DNA of 48,256 nt from positions 1-48,256 of the IMG/VR virus record IMGVR_UViG_3300027833_000012, one strand, 5' to 3'. The notes beneath the pieces were generated by a model. It did no database searches. It was not told where the DNA came from and was given only the letters and a program-made list of their open reading frames with translations. Within the stretch, counting starts at the first letter, position 1; every line of letters starts with the position of its first letter. Below, one piece after another: positions 9,375-18,972 of the stretch. The position numbers and the translations under genes are program-made. This DNA comes from a virus (Duplodnaviria; Heunggongvirae; Uroviricota; Caudoviricetes).

Positions 9375-9640
9375 ACAAACCCTAAGTTTATTAATAAATC
9401 TTTTATTTCACTTGGCTCATCAACATTACCTATTGTATTCTTAGCTAACTTTATCAAACTACTTATTGAGTCTTCTAAGTTTTTATCCGTTATATCCACA
9501 TTAGATAAATAGAACAAACCATTATCAGGTGTTATACTAACCTTATGAAACCTTTTACCGTTAATTCTTTTTTCTACTCTGAAGTTCAAATCAACTTTAA
9601 CAGTTAAAGTAACCCCACCGTATTTTATTTCCTTAATCAT
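9371..9640 (-). CDS. hypothetical protein
   Basis: 89-aa ORF. Confidence 0.6.
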   Translation of the reverse strand: MIKEIKYGGVTLTVKVDLNFRVEKRINGKRFHKVSITPDNGLFYLSNVDITDKNLEDSISSLIKLAKNTIGNVDEPSEIKDLLINLGFV

Positions 9641-9647
9641 TCCTATA

Positions 9648-9896
9648 TTATTTTATAAAATTATCTTGTAAATACTTAATACACATCTCTGCGGACTTTT
9701 TAGAGTCGAAATAACCCTTTTCTTCACCATATTGTATCAAAGTGCCAATTGCATTGCAAACAGTCGTCATATCGTCTAATATTACTTTTTTTTCTGAACT
9801 CTCATTGTTTATTTCATCAACCATGTCTTCTGGTTTTGTAATGAATAGTGGGGTGTCCCTTTCAGTATCTAAATCTATTATAATTATATTCTTCAT
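9648..9896 (-). CDS. hypothetical protein
   Basis: 82-aa ORF directly after the promoter at 9901. Confidence 0.65.
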   Translation of the reverse strand: MKNIIIIDLDTERDTPLFITKPEDMVDEINNESSEKKVILDDMTTVCNAIGTLIQYGEEKGYFDSKKSAEMCIKYLQDNFIK

Positions 9897-9940
9897 AAAA
9901 CAAATATACTACTTTTTTATTGTAAAATCAATTTAATATA

Positions 9941-9968
9941 AAAAAAAATAGCACTTAAGTGCTATTTT
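9941..9968 (-). terminator. intrinsic terminator
   Basis: AAAATAGCAC-TTAA-GTGCTATTTT hairpin with T-run. Confidence 0.75.
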
Positions 9969-10327
9969 AATGTGTTAAATGTTTTAGTATAACTTTCTAA
10001 CTTACCATTCTCTTTAAATGATACTATTAATATGTGCTTACCAGGTTTTACTGTTGTTATTACCCTTAAACCAGAACTATACTTACAAGAACCTTCTTGT
10101 TTGAAATTATGTTTATATTTTTTATCCTTTGTTTTTTTAAAAGTTTTATATATTTTTTCTTCCCATAATTCAACCTTAACATATTCCTTCAACTTAGGAC
10201 CATTTAATTTGATATAATTAACATCTAAAACTTCTAATACAAAACCCTTTAAATTGATTTTATCTTGTGATTGTACACTAGTTAATGTTATTAGTAATAG
10301 CAATAAAATATTTGGGGATACTTTCAT
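9962..10327 (-). CDS. secreted hypothetical protein
   Basis: N-terminal signal peptide ILLLLLITLTSVQSQ. Confidence 0.6.
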   Translation of the reverse strand: MKVSPNILLLLLITLTSVQSQDKINLKGFVLEVLDVNYIKLNGPKLKEYVKVELWEEKIYKTFKKTKDKKYKHNFKQEGSCKYSSGLRVITTVKPGKHILIVSFKENGKLESYTKTFNTLK

Positions 10328-10412
10328 GATTTTTAGTTTAGATTAATAATACTCAAATATACAATTTTTTTATTAATTATGAAAGTTTTTTTAACAATTT
10401 ATTTACATTAAT

Positions 10413-11678
10413 TTAATCACAAGCTCCATCAAGACTAAATCCTGTTCTACCAACTGGTGAGTAAACAGATAAATTAGCATCTTGACCCTTAGTGTCAATT
10501 TTTAAATCAGTATCACCTATATTATAGAAAACAAAAGATTTCTGACCAGAATCCCATAAACTTTTTAATTTCTTAATACCAGATTTAACTTCACCTCTTC
10601 TATCTTTTAATGCATCGTGACTTTTATCCTTAAGCATTGCACTAACTAACTCTTCAAATGAATTAAATGTATGTGTTTGTTTTTCAACAGCCTTACCTTG
10701 CATAGCTGGTAAATCTGGATAATTAACCAAATTTTGAGTTAATTCAGCAATATATTGTGGTACATATGTCCATTCACCATATTTGTGGTTTGCAGATGCA
10801 AAATACCCAGTATCCATTAATGTTTGACCATCTGAACTAACTACTTGAAATCTATCAGGAATTGAACCTGGATTAGCATTTAGTGAACCAGTACCATTAA
10901 CTGGTTGTTGGTGACTTATGAAACCTTTTGAAGCTTCCGCTTGTTCACCATCTTTATCAACATCAATATCACAAAATGATTCACCTTGTGCAAATACTTC
11001 AATCTTAACGAATTGGTCCTTTGAATATTTTTCAGCATCCTTATCTTCACCATCCCAAGGTTCATCACCTATCTTAACGTCCATATCAACCTCTATCTCA
11101 TCACCTAATACACTCTTAATTATTGATTGTAATGTCTCACCTCTTTTTAATGCTAAAGAACCTCTTTTTTTAAATGGTGCTTGGTTAGGAACTTGAGATT
11201 CTGATGCAGTAACCTTAACTTTATAATTAGAAGTACCATTATTATCCATAAAGGTTTTTAGTTCTTTTAGAACTGATTCATAATTACCTTGTAATTCATA
11301 ACTACCACTACTAAAATTATCAGATAAATTTCTAGTGAATTTAGAATCTGGATTAGCTTTAATCTTACCACCACCACCACCAGAAGTGTCTTTCATAATT
11401 TGAGTTAATTCTTGCTTAACATCATTAGGTGCACTTTGAATAGCACTACTAAAGGCAGTGTTAGCCATTAAACTAGTTAACACTGCTGCCGTTAAGAGAC
11501 CCTTTTTACTAGACTTAAGTAATTTACTAAATCTATCTAGTATACCACTACCATCAGCTTCGTTTAATTCATCACCAATTACAAAGTCAATAACTTTTTT
11601 ATCAGTATTTGTTAAATTATTTGAATTGTGGTTCTCTATAAGACCTTCCCTAAGTAACTTTTTTATTGTTGATTTCAT
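10413..11678 (-). CDS. putative virion-associated protein with LLRE propeptide and an OmpA-like central segment
   Basis: MKSTIKKLLRE N-terminus; FSSGSYEL...ASESQVPN...LALKRGETL weakly resembles OmpA_C; ATATTTAT motif upstream. Confidence 0.45.
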   Translation of the reverse strand: MKSTIKKLLREGLIENHNSNNLTNTDKKVIDFVIGDELNEADGSGILDRFSKLLKSSKKGLLTAAVLTSLMANTAFSSAIQSAPNDVKQELTQIMKDTSGGGGGKIKANPDSKFTRNLSDNFSSGSYELQGNYESVLKELKTFMDNNGTSNYKVKVTASESQVPNQAPFKKRGSLALKRGETLQSIIKSVLGDEIEVDMDVKIGDEPWDGEDKDAEKYSKDQFVKIEVFAQGESFCDIDVDKDGEQAEASKGFISHQQPVNGTGSLNANPGSIPDRFQVVSSDGQTLMDTGYFASANHKYGEWTYVPQYIAELTQNLVNYPDLPAMQGKAVEKQTHTFNSFEELVSAMLKDKSHDALKDRRGEVKSGIKKLKSLWDSGQKSFVFYNIGDTDLKIDTKGQDANLSVYSPVGRTGFSLDGACD

Positions 11679-11694
11679 TTACTATCTTTTTATA

Positions 11695-11702
11695 ATAAAT
11701 AT
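11695..11702 (-). promoter_or_regulatory. candidate late promoter (A/G)TATTTAT
   Basis: Same motif just upstream of genes lacking TAnnTTTG, at 8780, 19745, 23864 and 39420. Confidence 0.5.
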
Positions 11703-11730
11703 CTAAGTTTTTAATAAACTTAAATAATTT

Positions 11731-12066
11731 TTATTTTAACTTTTTATAAAGGGTTTCATATATTGGTTCGTCACAATCAATCCAAATATCCCTACCTTCT
11801 GGGTAATATCCACCAACCCATTCACCTCTATCATTTTTAGTTTCAGGTATCATTTGAATAGTTTCATCAGTCCCTAAGTATTTCCAAGTTTTACCATTAT
11901 CTTTACTAACCCAATTAGTTCCTAAACCAAACCAAACTATTTTACCATCAGTCTGAACCACTCTCTCAATCCAATAACATTCTTCTCGATAATTCTCCGC
12001 TTTCTTAGGTTCACCTATTGGTTTATCTAATTCAAACCACTCATTTTTACTTTTACTAATCATCAT
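11731..12066 (-). CDS. hypothetical protein (Trp-rich)
   Basis: 111-aa ORF. Confidence 0.65.
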   Translation of the reverse strand: MMISKSKNEWFELDKPIGEPKKAENYREECYWIERVVQTDGKIVWFGLGTNWVSKDNGKTWKYLGTDETIQMIPETKNDRGEWVGGYYPEGRDIWIDCDEPIYETLYKKLK

Positions 12067-12758
12067 TTTATGTTTAATGTTTTTAAATTAAAAGTGATAG
12101 TTTCTTCAATTACTTCATCATTAAATAAAATGTCATAAGTTTTAATTTCATCTTCCTGTGATAAACCATGTAAGGTAAATATATTAAAATAATCAAACCT
12201 AATATTTCTAGTTTCAAAATTTGTCACAAATCTTGTATTTATTTCATCTCTTAATACATTCTTTGTTAATATAATTGGGATATCAATACTTCTATTGAAG
12301 TCAATTAAATACTCAACATACTTCCTTGGATTATAAAATGTATCATCCTTGTCTAATGTAGGTAAAAAATCTATTAATACAACATCAATTTTTTTTAACT
12401 CAACATACCTATTAATTGAATCTCTGATTTCATTTAAGTTATCACTAAATGATACATTTTTAACGGTTATGTCACCAATATTTTCATTATCTTCAATATA
12501 ATTTTTAACCTTATCTCTATCAATATCCCAAGACCCACTAATTACTCTAGCAATTTGTTTTTGCAATGCAAATGCAGTCATTTCTTGGGATAAAAATAAT
12601 ACATTCTTACCTTCAACACTTAAGTTTAATGTAATATTTAATAATGACATAGTTTTTCCACCCGCAGTAGGACCTTGAATTATAGTTATTTTTTCTTTAG
12701 TTAAACCATTAACTAAACTATTATCGATAGCCTTTATTCCAGTTTCTATTATTCCCAT
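12063..12758 (-). CDS. DnaB C-terminal/RecA-like ATPase, truncated and divergent
   Basis: GPTAGGKT Walker A, VLFLSQEM, VVLIDFL Walker B; no DnaB N-terminal domain. Confidence 0.65.
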   Translation of the reverse strand: MGIIETGIKAIDNSLVNGLTKEKITIIQGPTAGGKTMSLLNITLNLSVEGKNVLFLSQEMTAFALQKQIARVISGSWDIDRDKVKNYIEDNENIGDITVKNVSFSDNLNEIRDSINRYVELKKIDVVLIDFLPTLDKDDTFYNPRKYVEYLIDFNRSIDIPIILTKNVLRDEINTRFVTNFETRNIRFDYFNIFTLHGLSQEDEIKTYDILFNDEVIEETITFNLKTLNIK

Positions 12759-12759
12759 T

Positions 12760-13191
12760 TTATTTATTATTTAATTCTTCAAGTAGTTTAACAATTTTAC
12801 CATTTAATTCAACATTCTTAGATAGAAGTTCAATATCCTTTGGTGTTTCAACTTCGGTGTTATCAATGTCTTCAGCCTTTTTCTTTAATTTATTCATAAA
12901 TTTAACAACAATAAATAAAATAAAACCAATAACTAAAAATGTAGCAGATGACTCAATCAATTCACCGTAACCAATAGATATTTCCTTTATATCCCCATCA
13001 GCTTTTTTTAATATATAAACCTTATCCTTTAAGTTTATACCATTAGTTAAATAATCTAATGGTGGCATTATAATTCGTTTAACTAATACGTTCACAACAG
13101 TTTTAAATGATGCACCTATGATAATACCAATTGCCATATCAATCATATTACCCTTAACCGCAAAGTCCTTAAACTCTTTAATTATTTTCAT
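12760..13191 (-). CDS. mscL: large-conductance mechanosensitive channel
   Basis: KEFKDFAVKGNMIDMAIGIIIGASF...IIMPPL...YGELI...ELLSK signature. Confidence 0.93.
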   Translation of the reverse strand: MKIIKEFKDFAVKGNMIDMAIGIIIGASFKTVVNVLVKRIIMPPLDYLTNGINLKDKVYILKKADGDIKEISIGYGELIESSATFLVIGFILFIVVKFMNKLKKKAEDIDNTEVETPKDIELLSKNVELNGKIVKLLEELNNK

Positions 13192-13577
13192 AACCTTTCT
13201 TTAATATTAGTTAAAAGTCCAATCTCATTTGTGAATAATTGTTTTTTAAGTTCTTGCCTATCTTTATCAATAGCCTTCTTTATTCGTTTTTTTAATGAAT
13301 CAGTAAATGTGCTGGTTAGATTCTTCTTATAAAGGAACTTATGATTTGAAATGGTGATTGAATCGTTACTAACACATATGTATAATTCATCTTCCTCATC
13401 TATTAATAGGTATTCATCTGAAATAGGTGCGATTAACCTCTTAATGTCCTTATCTAAAGATTTATTTACAATATCTTTAATTAATACCTCATCTTCAGTT
13501 AAGTTATTTTTATAAGAATTTTTAAACTTAATTAACCAAAGTTTAAAACCCCTAAAAATATTTATTTTATCATCCAT
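13188..13577 (-). CDS. hypothetical protein
   Basis: 129-aa ORF. Confidence 0.65.
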   Translation of the reverse strand: MDDKINIFRGFKLWLIKFKNSYKNNLTEDEVLIKDIVNKSLDKDIKRLIAPISDEYLLIDEEDELYICVSNDSITISNHKFLYKKNLTSTFTDSLKKRIKKAIDKDRQELKKQLFTNEIGLLTNIKERL

Positions 13578-13589
13578 AATAACTTTATT

Positions 13590-14537
13590 TTAATTATTTA
13601 TGTAAAATATCTTGAAATACTTCTTAATTTCCAAGTATAGTTCAGAATCATTCTTTAATTGTATCTCTTCTCCATTATCAAAGAATGTATCCCATTCTTC
13701 AATAGATTTATTTTCACAACCTATGTTTAAACTACCATTTTCCATTTTATTAAATTGCCAAATACCTAAACCTAAAAAACCATTTTGCACAAAGCCATTT
13801 AACGATGTAATTTGATTACCCCTTAAAGTTAAAGTACCATTCTGCACGAAACCATCTAAGGATGTGATTTGATTGTCACTTAAAGATAAAATACCATTCT
13901 GTACAAAGCCTTTTAAAGATGTAATTTGATTGTTATCTAAAAATAAATCACCATTTTGAGTGAAGCCATCTAATGATGTAATTTGATTGTTATCTAAACC
14001 TAAAAAACCATTCTGCACGAAACCATCTAAGGATGTAATTTGATTGTTATCTAAATTTAAAGTATCATTTTGAGTGAAGCCATCTAAGGATGTAATCAAA
14101 TTGTTATCTAATTTTAAATATCCATTCTGTACGAAACCTTTTAAGGATGTAATTTGATTGTTTCTTAAATATAAATCACCATTTTGAACGAAACCTTTTA
14201 AAGATGTAATTTGATTACCACTTAACCATAAACCACCATTCTGTACAAAGCCATCTAAGGATGTAATCAAATTACCACTTAAATCTAAATCACCATTCTG
14301 TACGAATCCATCTAAGGATGTGATTTGGTTTTTACTTAAATCTAAAATACCATTTTGTACGAATCCATCTAAGGTTGTAATATGATTGTTATCTAACCAT
14401 AAAGTATCATTTTGTACGAAACCATCTAAGGATGTGATTTGGTTTTTACTTAAATATAATTCTTCAACTTGATGCATCTTACCACCAACCATTTTAAATG
14501 GTAAATCATTTTCTCTAATGTAATCACAAATATTCAT
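13590..14537 (-). CDS. leucine-rich repeat protein, 12 x 19-aa repeats
   Basis: GxLxLxxNQITSLDGFVQN repeats between conserved caps. Confidence 0.9.
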   Translation of the reverse strand: MNICDYIRENDLPFKMVGGKMHQVEELYLSKNQITSLDGFVQNDTLWLDNNHITTLDGFVQNGILDLSKNQITSLDGFVQNGDLDLSGNLITSLDGFVQNGGLWLSGNQITSLKGFVQNGDLYLRNNQITSLKGFVQNGYLKLDNNLITSLDGFTQNDTLNLDNNQITSLDGFVQNGFLGLDNNQITSLDGFTQNGDLFLDNNQITSLKGFVQNGILSLSDNQITSLDGFVQNGTLTLRGNQITSLNGFVQNGFLGLGIWQFNKMENGSLNIGCENKSIEEWDTFFDNGEEIQLKNDSELYLEIKKYFKIFYINN

Positions 14538-15255
14538 AATACTATCTTTTTAATTATTTATGTAAAATATCTTGAAATACTTCTTAATTTCCAAGTATAG
14601 TTCAGAATCATTCTTTAATTGTATCTCATCACCATTATCGAAAAATTTATCCCATTCCTCAATAGATTTATTTTCACAACCTATGTTTAAACTACCATTT
14701 TCCATTTTTTCAAAGTGCCAAATACCTAAACCTAAAATACCATTCTGCACGAAACCATCTAAGGATGTGATTTGATTACCCCTTAAAGTTAAAGTACCAT
14801 TCTGCACGAAACCATCTAAGGATGTGATTTGATTGTTTCCTAAATTTAGGAAACCATTCTGCACGAAACCATCTAAGGATGTAATCAAATTGTCACTTAA
14901 AGATAAAATACCATTCTGTGCAAAGCCATCTAAGGATGTAATTTGATTACCACTTAAACATAAACCACCATTCTGTACAAAGCCATCTAAGGATGTAATC
15001 AAATTACCACTTAAATCTAAATCACCATTCTGTACGAATCCATCTAATGATGTAATTTGATTGTTACCTAAAGATAAAGGCCCATTTTGTACGAAACCAT
15101 CTAAGGATGTAATCAAATTACCACTTAAAGATAAAGTATCCATTTGTACGAATCCATCTAAGGATGTGATTTGGTTTTTACTTAAAGATAAAGGCCCATT
15201 TTGTACGAATCCATCTAAAGATGTGATATTTTTATTATCTAAATATAAAAATCCA
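13740..15255. repeat. 57-bp coding tandem repeats in the LRR genes
   Basis: Recurrent CCATT(C/T)TG(T/C)AC...CCATCTAAGGATGT(G/A)AT unit at 57-nt period. Confidence 0.9.
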
Positions 15256-15326
15256 TTTTGATGCATCTTTCCATCAACCATCTTAAATGGTAAATCATTC
15301 TCCCTAATATAATCGCAAATATTCAT
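14550..15326 (-). CDS. leucine-rich repeat protein, 9 x 19-aa repeats
   Basis: Same caps and repeat unit as 13590..14537. Confidence 0.9.
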   Translation of the reverse strand: MNICDYIRENDLPFKMVDGKMHQNGFLYLDNKNITSLDGFVQNGPLSLSKNQITSLDGFVQMDTLSLSGNLITSLDGFVQNGPLSLGNNQITSLDGFVQNGDLDLSGNLITSLDGFVQNGGLCLSGNQITSLDGFAQNGILSLSDNLITSLDGFVQNGFLNLGNNQITSLDGFVQNGTLTLRGNQITSLDGFVQNGILGLGIWHFEKMENGSLNIGCENKSIEEWDKFFDNGDEIQLKNDSELYLEIKKYFKIFYINN

Positions 15327-15358
15327 ACTATCTTTATTTTAATTATTGTTGTTGATTA

Positions 15359-15366
15359 CAAATATA
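15359..15366 (-). promoter_or_regulatory. TAnnTTTG promoter of the LRR pair, duplicated upstream of the third LRR gene (34245-34252)
   Basis: About 50 nt nearly identical (attgttgattacaaatatacgaataatatttcaa...ctaccaaac) at both loci. Confidence 0.8.
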
Positions 15367-15401
15367 CGAATAATATTTCAATCTACCAAACTTTTACACA
15401 A

Positions 15402-15656
15402 CTATATACTAGTAAAATGCTCATCACAAGATTTACAATGGTGATGTTTAACTATTTCAGTAGACATACCAGAACCACATATTGGACAATCATAAACTTT
15501 GTTAAAGTAATTAACAACATAATCAATGGCTAACCCTAATTCTTTAGGGTTAGCCATTGGTATACTATTAGGAATCTCATCATTTCTTCTCCATTTATTA
15601 TGTTCCTCTAATATTAAAATAGATTCTTTTAATTTATCTTCCATGTAATTCTTCAA
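15402..15656 (-). CDS. hypothetical protein with C-terminal zinc ribbon
   Basis: CPICG...HCKSC. Confidence 0.6.
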   Translation of the reverse strand: MKNYMEDKLKESILILEEHNKWRRNDEIPNSIPMANPKELGLAIDYVVNYFNKVYDCPICGSGMSTEIVKHHHCKSCDEHFTSI

Positions 15657-15813
15657 CTTTTACAACCGTTTCATATATAGGTGGGTCCACCAGAAACATG
15701 ACTTTACCCTCCCCAACTTTTGGTTTTAAAAAGGATTCAATTATTAAAGTTTCTTCACTTAATAATTCACCCCTTTGGGTTCTATGGATTGTTAATTTAT
15801 ATTTACCCAACAT
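15634..15813 (-). CDS. 59-aa hypothetical protein (not in ORF track)
   Basis: Manual translation MLGKYKLTIHRTQRGELLSEETLIIESFLKPKVGEGKVMFLVDPPIYETVVKVEELHGR bridges the two flanking genes. Confidence 0.5.
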   Translation of the reverse strand: MLGKYKLTIHRTQRGELLSEETLIIESFLKPKVGEGKVMFLVDPPIYETVVKVEELHGR

Positions 15814-16846
15814 GACTTAAAAGTAAGTTATATAGTAATTTAATACAAGCATTTACATCATCCTTATGTACTGTTTCAACAGTTGTATGCATATACCTCA
15901 TACCTAACTTTAAAAGTCCTGTAGCGGCTCCATTTGGGAAAGCATAAGAATCTGCATTGGTACCAGAATGACCACCACTAGCAGTTAATTGATACTTTAT
16001 ATCATTACTAATAGCAGTTTCAACTAACAATTCATACATATCATTATGTATTGACGGAGCACTCATAATTACAGCACCATCACCAGCAGTTATACTACCT
16101 TGTAAATTTGGATTGTATGCTGGACTCGTTGTATCATGACATACATCAATAGCAATTGCTATATCTGGCTTTATATCACTAGAAGCCATTTGAGCCCCAT
16201 GTAGTCCAACTTCCTCTTGTACTGAATTTACTATAATTAAATTAACATTTAACTTTATATTATTCTTTTCTAATTTCCTTAAGACTTGTGATGTTATATA
16301 ACCACCTATCTTGTCATCTAAAGCTCTACCACAATAATAAGGTCCTAATTTCATAAACCCATCAACCATAGTAATTGGCTTACCTACCGTTATACCCATC
16401 GCTAAAACCTCTTCTTTAGTTGAAGCTCCAACATCAATAAAACAATCTTCTTTTTTTGATTCAAACTTTCTCTTATGTACGTGTATCGCTGGATGACCGA
16501 ATACACCAACAACTGGTTCATCCTTATCTACCCATATATTCACCCTTGAACTAGGGGTTATTGTAATATCTGAACCACCTAATGTTCCAACTTTAATAAA
16601 CCCTGAAGGTGTTATGTCAAAAACAAAGAATCCGATTTCATCACAATGTGCATCTAATACTATTGTTGGTAATTTTTCATCATATTCTTGGTAATGTGCA
16701 TAAGCATTACCATATGTACTTATTTCTACATCATATGCAAATTTACTTACGTAATCAACCCATACTTGTTGACCACCTAACTTCATTTCATACCCACTAG
16801 GTGATGGTGTATTTATGTACTCTTTAAGGAATTCTTCTTTTTTCAT
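15803..16846 (-). CDS. M42-family metallo-aminopeptidase
   Basis: DAHCDEIG, ALDDKIG, VQEEVGLHGA, IAIDVCH and RYMHT motifs. Confidence 0.9.
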   Translation of the reverse strand: MKKEEFLKEYINTPSPSGYEMKLGGQQVWVDYVSKFAYDVEISTYGNAYAHYQEYDEKLPTIVLDAHCDEIGFFVFDITPSGFIKVGTLGGSDITITPSSRVNIWVDKDEPVVGVFGHPAIHVHKRKFESKKEDCFIDVGASTKEEVLAMGITVGKPITMVDGFMKLGPYYCGRALDDKIGGYITSQVLRKLEKNNIKLNVNLIIVNSVQEEVGLHGAQMASSDIKPDIAIAIDVCHDTTSPAYNPNLQGSITAGDGAVIMSAPSIHNDMYELLVETAISNDIKYQLTASGGHSGTNADSYAFPNGAATGLLKLGMRYMHTTVETVHKDDVNACIKLLYNLLLSHVG

Positions 16847-16897
16847 ATATTATTATTTTTAACAAATATACTATTTTTTTTATAAAAAAACAATCTT

Positions 16898-18049
16898 TTA
16901 GAAAGGTAATTCTTCAACTTCCTTTGACCTATTATTATAAGCATCCGTTATAAACTCCGTATATTCAGCGTTGAATGATTCAATATTATTTCTAACATCA
17001 TTATATATGTTTTCTGGTACACTAGAATTATTAAACCCTTTAAATTGTCTTAAGACTAATTTTACCCCTTTATAACTATTAATACCAACTTCTAATGTAT
17101 AATCACCAATACTAAGTATTCCACTATTCCCACTATTAATATTTTCAATATATGAAGCAACACAATGAGCTTTTTGCATACCTTCTAATGCTAATCGTTT
17201 TGTGGTTTTAATAATTTCATAATTAAATACCTCAGCAAATTTTAAATAAATCTCAAGATTTTTAAGTTCTCGGTTATCATATGAAAAAACTATATTGGTG
17301 ATTTCTTTAGCATAATTATCATGCTCATTACGTAATCTTTTTATAGACCAAGAACAATTTACAACCTTACCTAAAGTCTTGGCCATCTTTAACGTATCAT
17401 AAAATAAATTATACTCCCCATCACTTATATAATGAAAATTTTCAATATTCTTATAATATGATGAATAATGATGAATATAAGTATAACTATAGTTATGTTT
17501 AGTCGATAACTTTTTTATAACGTTATTCGGTAATTTATAAATAAATTTTTTCATCTTAGTTCCAGAATATAATTTATTTTTAATTATAGTATTAAAAGAA
17601 AGTTTACGTAAATCACCCATATTACCATCATTACATATTTCCCATAGTGTTCTAACCCAACTAAACTTTTCTGTTAAGCATTTTAAAATGTCATCTCTAT
17701 AGTCATAACGTACTGTTGTATTTAAAGCATCAATAGTTAATAATCTAACCGTTTTACCATGAGCAAAATAAAATTTACCACCCTTATAAATTACATTACA
17801 TACACGTTTTTCAGATGAATACATTTTATTAACCTTACTAATACCGTATTTCTTAACTAGAAGTATAATATTAAAATCACCATTATCTTTCTCAAATAAT
17901 TTAATGTAGTATTTATGATAATCTTCTGGAACATTATTCATAAAGACCACCCTGGTAAAATATTTATTCTTCTTATATAACTCAACAAGGTTGGTTATAT
18001 TTTTATTCTCGTAATCCTTTACCATTGTAAACTTATCTCCAACTGCCAT
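16898..18049 (-). CDS. PcfJ-like domain protein
   Basis: C-terminal LALEGMQKAHCVASY...TLEV...LRQFKGFNN. Confidence 0.7.
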   Translation of the reverse strand: MAVGDKFTMVKDYENKNITNLVELYKKNKYFTRVVFMNNVPEDYHKYYIKLFEKDNGDFNIILLVKKYGISKVNKMYSSEKRVCNVIYKGGKFYFAHGKTVRLLTIDALNTTVRYDYRDDILKCLTEKFSWVRTLWEICNDGNMGDLRKLSFNTIIKNKLYSGTKMKKFIYKLPNNVIKKLSTKHNYSYTYIHHYSSYYKNIENFHYISDGEYNLFYDTLKMAKTLGKVVNCSWSIKRLRNEHDNYAKEITNIVFSYDNRELKNLEIYLKFAEVFNYEIIKTTKRLALEGMQKAHCVASYIENINSGNSGILSIGDYTLEVGINSYKGVKLVLRQFKGFNNSSVPENIYNDVRNNIESFNAEYTEFITDAYNNRSKEVEELPF

Positions 18050-18107
18050 ATCTTATTATTAATTTTTATTGTTCTACACAAAGATATTAAAAATATTTCA
18101 TATAAAC

Positions 18108-18134
18108 AAAAAAAACCATAACTTTCGTTATGGC
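18108..18134 (-). terminator. terminator closing tRNA operon 1
   Basis: CCATAAC-GAAA-GTTATGG hairpin plus T-run on the minus strand. Confidence 0.8.
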
Positions 18135-18139
18135 TTGTG

Positions 18140-18250
18140 TGGGGTGTGAGGGAATCGAACCACTCGTTTGTCAATTTTACAGATTGTTTTTTTTATGTTT
18201 GCTGCAATTATTCTTTACAGAATAAGTTTTTCCAACATTTTAAACACCCC
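18140..18250 (-). ncRNA. tRNA-Tyr(GTA)-like RNA with CAGCAA-containing insertion
   Basis: Acceptor GGGGTGT/ACACCCC-A, T-loop GTTCGATT, anticodon hairpin CAAT-CTGTAAA-ATTG, extra TTATTCT/AGAATAA stem followed by TTGCAGCAA. Confidence 0.6.
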
Positions 18251-18259
18251 TTGTTATAG

Positions 18260-18330
18260 AGCACAATGTGAGAATCAAACTCCGTCTTCTACTTGGAAGG
18301 TAGACGCTTTATCATTAAGCTACATCATGC
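18260..18330 (-). tRNA. tRNA-Gly(TCC)
   Basis: Cloverleaf, loop CTTCCAA, U73; T-loop TTTGATT divergent. Confidence 0.8.
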
Positions 18331-18409
18331 ATTGGTCTTTATGTAGGTGGTACCACCTTGTAGAGCCATAAAGAAACTTAACCTACTTTATCATATTGAA
18401 TTAATAAAA

Positions 18410-18661
18410 TTATTTATTTCTAAATTCTAACTCTTTTTTAATTTTTTCATATACTTCACAAGATTTTCTGTATTCCTGGATAAAAAAACCTCTTTCACAC
18501 CCTTTTAAAGGTAAATGTAACATACTACTATCAGAGAAGTTAATATCCTTTAACTTCTCTGATTTTATTTTTTTTAATTGTGTTTTATTAAATGTTGAAA
18601 TATCATTTAACTCAAAAGCTTCTAATAAATCATCTAAACTCATTTTACTGTAATTATTCAT
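18410..18661 (-). CDS. hypothetical protein inside the tRNA array, with its own TAnnTTTG promoter
   Basis: 83-aa ORF; promoter at 18680-18687. Confidence 0.6.
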   Translation of the reverse strand: MNNYSKMSLDDLLEAFELNDISTFNKTQLKKIKSEKLKDINFSDSSMLHLPLKGCERGFFIQEYRKSCEVYEKIKKELEFRNK

Positions 18662-18717
18662 ATCTTTATGTTTTAATTACAAATATACAAATTAATTATC
18701 ATAATTACAAATTATTG

Positions 18718-18786
18718 AGCGAGAAATGGGACTCGAACCCACAACCTTCTGATTGGCCAGACGCTCTACCATTGAGCTATTCTCGC
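18718..18786 (-). pseudogene. tRNA-Gly(GCC)-like gene with a 3-nt deletion in the anticodon arm
   Basis: Near copy of 18973..19044, but the arm reads TCTG-GCCAA-TCAGA instead of TCTGG-TTNCCAA-TCAGA. Confidence 0.6.
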
Positions 18787-18835
18787 AATTTATAGTCTTT
18801 CCTATTGTCACCATTTGAAGGAGTGGGTTTCTCCT

Positions 18836-18912
18836 TGGAGCACACAGACGGGTTCGAACCGACAACCTCCGCATTACAAGTGCGGGACTACTTCCACATG
18901 AGCTTTGTGTGC
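18836..18912 (-). tRNA. tRNA-Thr(TGT), CCA encoded
   Basis: CCGCA-CTTGTAA-TGCGG arm, GCACACA/TGTGTGC acceptor. Confidence 0.85.
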
Positions 18913-18972
18913 ATTTGTATGTCTTTACCTCAGTAACATACGTGAAAGATTTAATACTTCTTAACTACTCTG

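Noticed and set aside
13740-15255. 57-bp periodic repeats as a CRISPR array or DGR target
   Set aside because: The repeats are in-frame LRR codons with no unique spacers; no reverse transcriptase, template repeat or adenine-specific variation is seen.
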